A stretch of DNA of 64,000 bases, taken from Dimorphilus gyrociliatus. Its lineage: Eukaryota; Animalia; Annelida. The stretch is from contig CAJFCJ010000014.1 in assembly GCA_904063045.1 (NCBI GenBank), positions 1,175,643-1,239,642 on the forward strand, read 5' to 3'. The number at the start of each line of letters is the position of its first letter. Positions within the stretch are counted from its first letter, which is position 1. Below are positions 1 through 11,108 of the stretch, piece after piece. The position numbers were made by a program, and so were the translations under genes. The notes below the pieces were generated by a model. It searched no databases, had not been told where the DNA came from, and was given only the letters and a program-made list of their open reading frames with translations.

Positions 1-126
1 ATCAACTTTTCCATTAAATATATAATGTTTTGTAACTTTTTATTATTTAATCCGACTTCTTTTTATATATATATGTATATAAAAAACTAGTCCCAAACGA
101 TTAATATAATCGTTTCTGACAAATAA

Positions 127-279
127 GACAAACATTTTATTATAAATAATGCTTTCATATGGGAAGTTTATCAATTATTCCCTCTTTTCTTTCTGAAATT
201 CGATGGTGTAGATAAAAAAAAGGCGGGTTATTTAAGTGATGATGAAGAGAAAATGGCGGTAGCTTTTGAAGAGAATTAA
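127..279 (+). CDS. Possible terminal exon of a gene starting upstream of the window
   Basis: Open frame reading ...FIWEVYQLFPLFFLKFDGVDKKKAGYLSDDEEKMAVAFEEN*: a hydrophobic stretch then a charged tail. No clear splice acceptor and no homology recognised. Confidence 0.2.
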   Translation, partial: DKHFIINNAFIWEVYQLFPLFFLKFDGVDKKKAGYLSDDEEKMAVAFEEN

Positions 280-335
280 CCCATTTGCTTCTAATTCAAA
301 ACTCCTTTGATGTTACTGTAAAAGTAGTTTATATG

Positions 336-3250
336 CTAGTGGTACAAGAAATTAGTTGTATTACTTACATGCCTAATTGGGCCTTCTATGAAAGGATCGT
401 ATACATCTTCAGGAAGATCGGTCAAATTTTTCAGATCAACTTCACTATTCATACCGTTTAAAACGTTTCGAATATGCTTCCTAATGAGCTCAGGATCGTA
501 TCTTCCTGAATTAACGACATTCGAACAGCGTGGTAATTGATTAAAAGCCGAACAATCTATATTCTTATTTTGTTTATATTGTACAAGGTCAATGTAATTG
601 CCTTTCGTTTCTGGCCCTTCTTCAAGTTCTTTTCGAGTGCAAGGATGGGATCCCATTTCACTTTTTTTCCGACAAATTAACCTTCTAATTTGCTTTTCAC
701 TAAATCGATCTCCCGGACTGTAAAGGAATATTTAAACAATACAAACTCATAACTGAGAACGCATACAGGTATTTAAAAATATACAAATATTACTATGGCA
801 TGCTTTATTTACTTAAAACAATCTTTATCGGCAGGAATCCAACATTCGTCGGTAGATTCCCAACTAGACCATTGGGGAATTACTCCGGTATATCTATTAC
901 ATGTCCTACCACTGTAATCCGGATTACAAGAGCAATTAAAAGAAGATATCGTATTGATGCATACACCTTGATAGCTACAAGTCGGAGAATCCCTTCCGTC
1001 TGTTGAACTCGTACCTGAGCAATTTAATCCATTCTTTTCGCAAGTTTCTTCCGGTTGGCATTCATTAACATCCTCACAAGATGGATTCAAATTCCAAGCG
1101 TTACCCTAAAAAAAACAAACTGATAAAATTAAATGTTTACCAATTACATTCTCCTTAAAAATTGGTGTTTTTTTAAACTAGTAAAATCACTTGAAGTAGG
1201 CTTAATTTTAGTTAAAAAAAGAAAAGAGACAAATTTGTCTGTTGACATTTCTCAATAGCTATATCTACTGAAATTAAATATTTATAAAATTATATAGCAC
1301 TCACAGCAGTCCTTCTGGTAATCATACCGTCTTTACCATTACATATACAACGAAACCCGAATCTGGACTGAACGAAATGTTGACATTGACCATATTGGCA
1401 TTTAAGATTATGAAACTGATGACTAGGTTTTTCAATTTCGGAGCAAATATCAATTTTCGTTTCGCAAAACTTGCCGGTGTATGAAGCATGACAAACGCAC
1501 TCAGGTTTATCGTTCACCATTTGGCACTTGCCACCTAATCCACATCCATCATCAATGCCATCTCCTTTGTCAGGACGCTTGCAACCTTTCGTCGCTTGTA
1601 TTTTTTCATCTGTTTTTTATCATAAATTTGTTAACGATCACAGTAGGGGGGTGGGGCAGCCCTTGAGCAAAAAAATTAGATAGACGAGCATAACCCTGTT
1701 TTCTTCTGAAAGGCCTAGTATTGCAACAACTTTGCTCTAAATTGACCATTCTTTACCAGCAGGTACGCCCCGAAAAACATATACAAAAGACTTATTGTAA
1801 TTGAAAAAAAAGTAATACCTGGAAAGCAAACAGTCCGTTTGTATTGGCTTATTTCTTTGTAGCCAAATTTGCACATACAAAACACTTGTTTGTCAAACAA
1901 CGTAACCTCAGTTTTATTATCAATAATAAAGAATTTTGAATGATAATCTCTAAAAAAAATAGCTATAAGATTTTCTGTTCAATTTTAAAAGATCATAAGG
2001 GAAAAAAAAGAAAGAGGTGAGGATAAAGAGAGAATGAAAACATACTTGAAAAAGGGCCATTCACGGTCATGTTCATAGTAATTTTTAATCACGCTATTCG
2101 ATTTATTATATACGCTATAGCATAATTCAAAACCATATTTTTTTACTTCTTGGCTTGCATTTACCTTTAGAGGATCGAGAAAATTCTTTCCTTTATCTTT
2201 CTCCTTAGACTCTATTGGTAAACAAGCAATTTTCTCATTGCACGGATTCGGGCAATGTCGAATACTAGTTTCATTCCTCTCTCTCATAATCCTCTTACAC
2301 TCAGCGTAATGGTAATAGACAGACTGAAAGAAAATAGCTATTAAGCGACTTTTTATGCATATAATATTCTTATTTATTTTCTAAGTAGGATGTCGTAGAA
2401 TATCAAACGATGCAAATTTCAAAGGTTAAGAGTACAATAAAACAATATATATTTAAATTTATGAAAATCTTACAAACAACTAATCATTTGTTCTGCCTAT
2501 TGTAAAATACATGAAAGCCTACTTTATCCTATATCTTAATTTGTCAGTTTACGACCAAAGATGCAAGGCATGCTGCACTAATAAAGCTTTTAAACATGTT
2601 CACTTAAAATTGAGGCTGTGTTTTCATCTATGCCTACACGCTTCTGTTTATGCATGTTGGCCGTAAAAGGTATAAAGCATCGTTCAATAAAGTACAGTTA
2701 GATAGATAGACAGATAGATAGATACCATTCCGGCCCAATTTCTTAATTGTATGGGTATATTTGAAAATATGGGATCTCCCAGTCTTGATTTCACAAATTT
2801 ACTTTGAGAATACGTATGCTTGACACTCTCGCGCCTTAATTCTCTCTTATGGTAGGTAATAAAGGTCTGAATAACTTGCCTACCGCTATCCGCCACCCAT
2901 CCGAGACCATTTATAAACTTATCAGTAGAAATATCTCTTGGAGGTCCCGAAAATACACCTTAACAAAGGGAAATTCCTCTTTCGTATATAGTTCATCTCA
3001 GAATACCCGAATCAATTTAGATAAAATAAGAAAAACAACATTAAATAGTATTACCATAAAAGTTTATTTTCTGTGCAAAATTTTCGGACTTTCTACCATT
3101 AACCTTTCTGTTCAACTCAAGTACTCTTGATTTTTCATTCAAATGTTGCAATTCAAAAATTTTGACATGATCCGGCATGATATCTCGATCGGAAATTTCT
3201 ACTCGGTCGCATTCGTAATTACGCTTATCCCATTTACCATTTAGACATGC
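336..3250 (-). CDS. Multi-exon extracellular mosaic protein: Cys/Trp N-terminal module, TSP1-like, EGF and Ca-binding EGF repeats, TSP1-like, C-terminal tail (5' end uncertain, possibly up to ~3760)
   Basis: Most junctions are phase-compatible: ACLNGKWDKRNYEC... (from 3250), G-VFSGPPR...NWAGM, SVYYHYAECKRIMRERNETSIRHCPNPC, EGF motifs (GCGLGGKCQMVNDKPECVCHASYTGKFCE; DVNEC...CINTISSFNCSCNPDYSGRTC), QWSSWESTDEC...RRLICRK, stop at 336. Exon structure around 1600-1750 is not fully resolved. Confidence 0.75.
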
Positions 3251-4947
3251 CTAAAAAAATGTCTAAACTATATAAAGGAAAATATCGTTTTTCAGGTTTT
3301 TGCTATTAAAGTTTTGTACATAATTAGGCCCACCGAACTCTTGTAAGACATCTACTGAACGCTTCTTAAGGAAAGTAAGTGCTCTGTTAAATATCAAATG
3401 TAAAAGGGAGGGGGTGAAAATACGTTTTTGCCTTTTATATTATTCGAATATAAATACCTCTTCTTGTTAACAAATACTTCACCTTTAGTTAGGGTTAATA
3501 CGTTCACAGGTAATAATAAAAAAAGTGTTACAAACATTCTTCAAATTTTGACTAGGATTAATTAATTAATTAATTATTATAATAATTTTTTAAATATTTA
3601 AAACAAATGTAATAAACGTCAGACAAAATGCTTTTAGATTTTATTGATCTTTACCCGTTAATTATGTCCGAAACCCCATTACCAGAGCTTCGTTTATCTT
3701 ACATCCATTACCGTGTGGGAATAAAGAAATTAGGAAGCTTTGAAATAGGAGAGGTACGTAGTTTATTACCTTCTACGTTCAACTAATATAGATAAATAGT
3801 ACATACAGTCTCTTTATATCCTATTTTTACTGGTATTTTAACTACAATGAAGATGTAGATACACAAAATAGAGGTAATTTTTTAACAATTCTCCTTTTCT
3901 CTTTTATCCAAATAATAAACGCCCTATTTATCTGCATAGTAGTTGAAAGAATCGACCTTTTCTTCAGAAAGTGAGTAATTGACATTTATTCAATGCAATT
4001 ACGTTACCTTTGATAAACGAAACGTATATATTTTATAGCCTTTTATTTTCAACAATTATTAAAGAAATACATAGGAATGAAAGGTATTCGAACTGAAAAT
4101 GTTCGAAAGAATACAAAAAGGAAGTAATTGCCTTATTGAACAAGCTTGTTAATGAATACTTAAATTTTTCTAAAACGTTCGGTTTTGTTCCTCTATCTTT
4201 TTAAGTTTTCTTAAATATAAAATATCTATACTAATTTCTTTTTAAAACCTGTAATTTTAAGCAGTGGTATTTTCTTTAGTAATCTTTAATTTATTCTATT
4301 TTTACATTGAGCGGGAAAAAGTTATCTGAAAGGGAATGTATATACAAAAAAAAGTGAACGAGTCAACGAGAGTGGTATCGCATTCATTTATTTTTTTGAC
4401 AAATATTGAAAAAATGCATGAATTGACTATTTGCATATCTTGATATCAAATTTTAATAATAAATATACTATTTAAAAAAATTGAATGTATTTATTTTTTA
4501 AATTTGTTAAGGATTATTTTGAGAAATAGAATAGTTTCTACGTTTAAATCAAATTAAGAAACTATTTGTAGTTTGAGATGATTCCTCAAATAACAGTATG
4601 TTATTATAATCACTATTCTGTTCGTAATTAATTGGATCCTTTCTAATTAATTAAAGAAAACGAATACTTTCCGACCGTAGAAGAATTGGATATGCTGATT
4701 GCAACGGCTGGGTAACCGGTTATCACCTTCAAACTACATCCGGTAGAAGTGATTTATTTAAATTTCTAATGACTTTTTATTTTCACCAATTTATTTGAGA
4801 TAATCACACTTTATTATATCTAAGGTTTAATAACATATCATATGCTTTGAACGCTAAAACTATTTTAACGTTTGAAATTATGCTACTTTATGAAAAGTTT
4901 TTAAACATTTTGAGCGATAATATAGCATTTTATATTTTAGCGGCGAT

Positions 4948-5532
4948 ATGGTGAAATTGTTCGTGGGAAATATTCCAGACGACTTATATAGTAATGAACT
5001 GAGAGAACTTTTTGAGGAATATGGAACTGTTGAGGAGGCTACCAGGTTGTCAAAATTTGCTTTTGTTGTAAGTGATACAAGTCCTTTCTTTTTATTCTTA
5101 CGTAGAAAAAAGAATAGATAAGTATTCTCTTTTCGTTTTTTCCCTTCTTTTTAAAAAAAGATCTAAGAGCTTTAAATTGTCTAAAGAAAATTTTAATATT
5201 AGCTAATAATCTCCAATTTGGCTTGATTGGAAGCGTCAAACGTGCCTGAACTAAGAACCTCAATCAATAAGCTTGTTTTAAGTTTTGTAGTCACGTAATG
5301 TGATCAGGCAATAAAAGAGAATTAAAAAGAATCAAATATTCTGATAATTTGTTCATTGAATTAAAAATTTATTTTTGCAGCATATGCCCAACGAAGAAGA
5401 AGCTAATCGAGCCTTAAAAGGATTGGACAAGTACCATTTACGAGGATTTAATATAAATGTTGAAGTATGACTGCAATAGATTAATAATATATTTATAAAT
5501 ACAGTTTTTGCCACTTAAATTATAAATATATA

Positions 5533-5576
<44 letters not shown>

Positions 5577-6554
5577 GTATATTTATTATAAAATAGATAT
5601 CAACAAGCACTGCAGGTGAGAAAGGAGGTCCTAGAAATCGAGGAGATGGCACTCATGGAAGGAGTCGAGGTGGCAACGGCGGTCCCATAAGGGTTGGAAA
5701 CGGTGGGGGTGGTGGAGGAGCTGGGGGAAACCGCGGAGGCTTTCAATCCAGATATAACCCGTACAACTTACCACCTAGCAATCAGCATTATCAACCACCA
5801 GGATACCGCTCCGAATATGAGCGGTATTTCGAAAAGCGACCTTTAAATGACATGGAAAGGCGCTTATTAAATGTTCTTCTTCGCCGTCAAGATGACTTTG
5901 ACGGTCCTCGCATGACGCAGCAACAAAGTACTCTCTGGGATCCGTACAACAGACCGCCACCTGATGCTTATAAAAGGGGAAATGAAGGGTAATTGTTATA
6001 TTTTAACCAAAAATATTTCTTTCATTTTTCAGTATTATTTTGAATATTTCCTAATATATTTTGGCTTAATTTTATTTGTTTTGGTTTTAAATATTCTGGA
6101 AATTTGGCGATTAACGTGGTTCGTGTTTTAACTAAATTCCCTTTATCTTGACTAAACATTCTTCCAGCATAAGGGGAATTTTTACATCTGATTATTTACC
6201 TTCTCTGTTTATCTTTGTCATAGTGCCAATATTGTGGTTAGAATTCTTTGAACGATTTTTAGCTGAAACCCTACCTTTTGCTTTCTCATTCAATATGATT
6301 CTCTAAGTAAATTTAGATGTTTTGTTATTACCTTTGTTATTTCAATCAAATAAGTTTCATTTTTAAATAGTCAAATCCATTTTGGTACTACGTATTACAT
6401 ATGAGCCTATCCAGAAGAGCTGATTGATAATAAAAGCCTAAATTGACTAATATTTTTTTCTAGGCCCGGGGGAGTGAGTACATTGACGTCAATTACTGCT
6501 TCGACTGCTGCCAATAATACAACATCGGGAATAAATACTTACAGATCAGCTTAG
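4948..6554 (+). CDS. RBM4: RBM4/lark-like RNA-binding protein: single RRM plus Gly/Arg-rich low-complexity tail, 4 coding exons
   Basis: MVKLFVGNIPDDL...RELFEEYGTVEE...FAFV|HMPNEEEANRALKGLDKYHLRGFNINVE resembles RBM4/lark RRM1 (MVKLFIGNLP). GT-AG introns are phase-consistent and the frame ends ...TYRSA* at 6554. Confidence 0.8.
5536..5570. repeat. (TA)n microsatellite in RBM4-like intron 2
   Basis: Uninterrupted TA run, immediately preceded by TACTGTA. Confidence 0.95.
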
Positions 6555-7182
6555 AAATTTCAAAAATATAAAGTTTTATTGCCCAGTCAAAAATTTAGTT
6601 TCGTTTTTATTTTAAACAGATATATTGGTGAAACTTGTGAGTATTATGTGAAATGAGAAATATTGTAATATATTTTAGAACAGAACAGAATTAAATCTAT
6701 AGTGTATGTCAAAACACATTATTATTGTAAATGTAATGTATACAGCATACTTTATAAACATGTTGTATATATCTGTATATATCTCTCTATATATTTGTAT
6801 ATATATATAGTGATGTATAGATATAACAATTGGAGCATTTCCTGTAAAAGATATAATATATCTTTCAAATTTGTATCATGTGATTAATATTTCCATTTGA
6901 ATGTACCATACTACTTGAAAGTACCAGTGTCAGACTTGCGTTAATGCCTGTTACGAATAATTAATTGATACATTCATAATACATTTCATCTGACACCGTC
7001 CATTAATTTATTGACTACTATTAATGAGTAATGAAACATGGGTATGATTTCTTTCCTAGTCTTGAAGAAGGAAATAATGTTTGAGCAACGAAAATTAGTT
7101 CTGAAACACTTTACAACGATATATTATTGCTTGTCTCTAATTTGCTGTAATTAAGGGCTTATAATGATACTACCATTGGTAA

Positions 7183-7229
7183 GCGCCATCTGTGTTTTAT
7201 TATCTTCCTCTCTTGTGACGTCACGTGAC
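7183..7229. promoter_or_regulatory. Cluster of a CTCF-like core, a CRE and an E-box/CLEAR palindrome
   Basis: GCGCCATCTG at 7183 (reverse complement CAGATGGCGC); GTGACGTCAC at 7215-7224 overlapping GTCACGTGAC at 7220-7229. Motif match only. Confidence 0.35.
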
Positions 7230-8908
7230 GAAATCGAGGACCTCTGGGTAAGCGGGGCAAATGTGATGAAAGCATATCAATATGTGCTTTGGCCGACATT
7301 TGCAACGAATCACCTAAAAAACGATTTTTTCATAAGGATATCCACAAAAGTTTGATCGAAATCTCATTGAAAGACAGTGCTGACAGGTAATAATTCACTC
7401 GTGCAGCGGATCATAAAGTATAATTCGATTACGGAAATTTCATCGGTATCAGTGTTTCGCTGACAGAAGGATGTTGACAAAGACAAATTGTTATGTACTA
7501 ATATACAGTATGTAAGAATGAAGGAAAAGAAGAAAATTCTGAAGTTTCCCAGTTTAATTCCCCAAACAATTGTTTCCATCCAGACTTTTATAGTTGGTTA
7601 GGCATAAATATTTCTACAGAAATAGGAAAGATACTGATAGACTTTGTACCAAAAAAAAACCTAAATACTCATTTCTTTTTTTTTAAGCATCATTCTTTCC
7701 CCTTTCCTTAATTTTATTAAAGCCGAATAGACTATTTTTTGCAGAATAATCGTATCAAATAGGACTACATCAGTAAGAAAATGAGGCGATCCGTTATATA
7801 GAATTGTAATATTCTATTAGTTTGGAAAAAGTCTTATCACAAGAAAAAAAAATCACTCAATTTTGCTAAAGTTGTCTTATGTCAAAGGAAATTGAGGTTT
7901 TTTTTTATTATTGTTTTGCTTTATATATACAGTATATACATTCTTCTTTAACTAGGCCGGATTTATAATAGTTGCTAACTTTTGCTATTCGTTAAGAAAT
8001 TGAACTGTAGATTTTATGTGGATTTTTTATAAAAGAAAGAGAGACACAAAGACAACAATACCCTTCTACACTGTTTATACAGTTGGTGTTAAAAACAAGC
8101 GAACCGTCTGTGGCGTTTCTCTGTAACGGAAATTGAAGTATTTAGACGCTTTTTACGATCCAAGCTTATATATAGTTTAATAACATGTGATATAAAGTAA
8201 CCCTTCTTATGAATATACTGATAGACAGCGTATAATTTATTATATATATATGGCTTAATATAGCAAAAATATAATCTTTTAAGCAAATAGGATATATCTA
8301 GATGGTAGTCATCAGTTTAATGGACTTAAAAGATAATAGATTATTAGAAGCTCAAAATCAGAGACAACTTATATCAATAGTGTTAACTATATAAACTTTA
8401 TCTTCCAAGATAAATAATTTGTTCTAATTAGCTTGTTTTCAGACAAAAGAAAGGAAACTCTCAAACAAAAATGATAAAATTGGAATTTTTTTGAAAAGAA
8501 CTATAAGAAGGAAGACGAAGAAGGAGAAAGAAGAAAAGAAAATATATAAAAAAAAGAGGAACAAAGCAAGATAGAAAGAGAAAAGCTATAAAACTAGCGA
8601 ACAAGCTTGTTATAATATAATATTAAGGAAGTGTAATTAAAGTAGTTACGATTATCCTTTTATTTATATTTCTAATGGCCAAGGTTTGTTAAATCTAACC
8701 TAAAAACCACATTACCTTACTTTACTTGAAGATAATGAATGTAAAATTATATCATTTCCTTCTTAAATAGAAGAGTATTACGGATCTTCCGGAATCGATA
8801 GAAAATTGCTCGCCAGAGTCAAATCTCTCCCTTTCCCCATTATCTCCATCAACTGAAGACGGAAACGGTAACCTCACTCATAAATAGTATATTTACGCAC
8901 CTTTTATC

Positions 8909-10288
8909 ATGTTTGTTTTATGCCTAAAACATTCAGATAGTAGGAAAACTACTTCGTTCGACGAATTACGCTTAGATATTAACGAAGGTCGGTAAAAGTA
9001 ATGTTGTTATTCTTCTTAATTTTAAACGAAATCCTTAAAACGATTGCTAAATTTAGAATTGGAGAATGACAGCTTTGAAAAAGACGGTAATATTAGAATT
9101 GGATAAGGTAGAACTTTACTACGTAAAGAGACTAAACAGTTTATTTTTATAGAGGAAGCTGTAAATGAAAAGCAGCGTAGCGTTATTAGTCATCTTTTAT
9201 CCCAAGTTCGTATTGGAATGGATTTGACTAAGATAACTTTACCGACATTTATTCTTGAAAGTCGGTCCCTTTTAGAGATGTTTGCTGACTTTTTAGCTTA
9301 TCCCGATCTTTGGTTGGCTATTGCGGATGGTCATACAGAAGAAGAGAGAATGATTGCCTGTTTAAAATGGTATTTAACTTCTTTCCGAGCTGGACGAAAT
9401 CCAGTAGTTGCCAAGAAACCATACAATCCGACTCTGGGAGAAATATTTCAAAGTTATTACGACATGGAATACTTATTTCCCCAAGAAGGAGACAATTCAA
9501 CCCAAGATGGACCTGTTCCTTGGGCAAAAGAGAGAGACGTTCAAGTAGTTGCCGAACAAGTTTCCCACCATCCACCAATTTCGGCCTTTTACGCTGAAAA
9601 CTCACTCAAAAAAATGTCGATGAATGGACATGTTTGGACAAAATCAAAGTTTTTGGGTTTGTCTATAGGAGTTTCCCTAATAGGAAAGGCGGTAATTTCA
9701 ATGCTTGATTACAATGAACAATATACAATTACTTTTCCGTCCTGTTATGGAAGATCAATTCTGACAACTCCTTGGATGGAATTGGGGGGTAAGACTCAGA
9801 TTACGTCAACGAACGGATTTACTGCAGATATTGAATTCCATACTAAACCCTTTTACGGTAGTAAAAAACATTTTGTTGACGCTTATGTTATGGCACCAGG
9901 TGCGGAGTCTAATCGCAAACCAATTCTATGCGTTAAAGGTGAATGGAACGGCGTTTTGGAAGCTCAATGGACATCTTATAGCGGGAAAGCTGATTTTACA
10001 ATAGATACTAATAAATTAAAGCCTCAGCCTAAGAGAGTTAGGCCGCTCGATCAACAGGATCAGCAAGAATCGAGAAGATTATGGAGGAATGTTACCTATT
10101 ATTTATCTAAAAACGACGTCAGTAAAGCGGCAAAGTATAAATCTTCGATAGAACAAAAGCAGAGAGACGAAGAGAGAGAAAGAAAAAATATGAATTGTCA
10201 ATGGAAACCTAAATTATTTCGAGAAGTTTCGACTGATTGGCTCTATGTTAATCAATTGGAAGATCGTATAATTTCTTGTAATAATTAG
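8909..10288 (+). CDS. OSBPL9: Oxysterol-binding protein-related protein (ORP9/10/11-like), ORD domain only
   Basis: SVISHLLSQVRIGMDLTKITLPTFILESRSLLEMFADF, KKPYNPTLGEIF and the OSBP signature EQVSHHPP. Two short 5' exons from ATG 8909 splice in frame. Confidence 0.9.
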
Positions 10289-10730
10289 CTGTTATTAACT
10301 ACGAATTAGACAACAATAAAGGCTTTTGTTGAGAATATACTACTCAATTAAACCATTATCCTAATCTATATTCAGTTTGTATTGTATGAAAAGATAAAAA
10401 TTTGAATCCTTTGCCATTTAACAAGTAGTTTAATTATTTATCAATCAGGCATAGATGAATTCAGAATGAGAAACGGTCACCATTTACAAGTAAATTTCAT
10501 ATATAAGTAATGACAATTATATTTCAATTCAATAAGAAAAGATGACACGAAGCAGCGATTATCTAGCTTAAACGTTAAATGGTATTTGCAATTCTCCCCT
10601 CTATTTCCCACCTTTGACAAAATTTAACCGAAATTTCGTGATTGTTAGTATACTTGACAGTTGGTTTAGATGTGCCATAACCTTGTAGACTTTTGTGGTG
10701 TTGAGGGAGGTGATTTCTAATTTATTGATC

Positions 10731-10874
10731 AGGGCGCCGGGTCTTGGGGACACCAACTGCCCTTCGTTTACAAAAATTATGCGTCCGAAATCTCTTGATA
10801 GCGATTCCGCGCAACGGTCCCTTTAAATGTACGATCGGAACCGTCACGTGCCACTCACGACAAACGCCCTTTTT
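10731..10874 (-). ncRNA. RNU11: U11 snRNA (minor spliceosome)
   Basis: The reverse complement reads AAAAAGGGCGUUUGUCGUGAGUGGCAC...GCGGAAUCGCUAUCAAGAGAUUUCGGACGCAUAAUUUUUG...GGGCAGUUGGUG...CCCGGCGCCCU. This matches human U11 block by block from recall: 5' AAAAAGGGC, GUCGUGAGUGGCAC, AUCAAGAGAUUUCGG, Sm site AAUUUUUG and the terminal stem. Confidence 0.95.
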
Positions 10875-10940
10875 AAACCCGTTTCAAATAAAAGTTACTT
10901 AAATGTATACTTTAAAAAGAAAAATGAAAATTTGCCCTTC

Positions 10941-10948
10941 ATTTGCAT
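10941..10948 (-). promoter_or_regulatory. Octamer motif upstream of U11
   Basis: ATTTGCAT (ATGCAAAT on the U11 strand) about 70 bp upstream of the U11 5' end. Octamers are typical of snRNA promoters, though usually further upstream in vertebrates. Confidence 0.4.
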
Positions 10949-11108
10949 ATTGAGACTAGAAATGTAATGCGCCATCTCTAGGACATTTAAAAAATGACGA
11001 TGCCCGCCTATTCAACTCACTAAACCATCGTTATTATTGATTCCTTTTATTGATCAAAAAGAGATTAATTAATACATTCGTTATACAGTATAGTTTTATT
11101 TTTTCAAA

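Noticed and set aside
5039-5263. 74-aa minus-strand ORF
   Set aside because: Antisense to RBM4-like intron 1, AT-rich and featureless.
9310-9605. Overlapping alternative-frame and antisense ORFs in the OSBP gene (likewise inside Dispatched, FAM161, NLR, MAPKBP1 and KATNB1)
   Set aside because: Explained as shadows of the long true ORFs.
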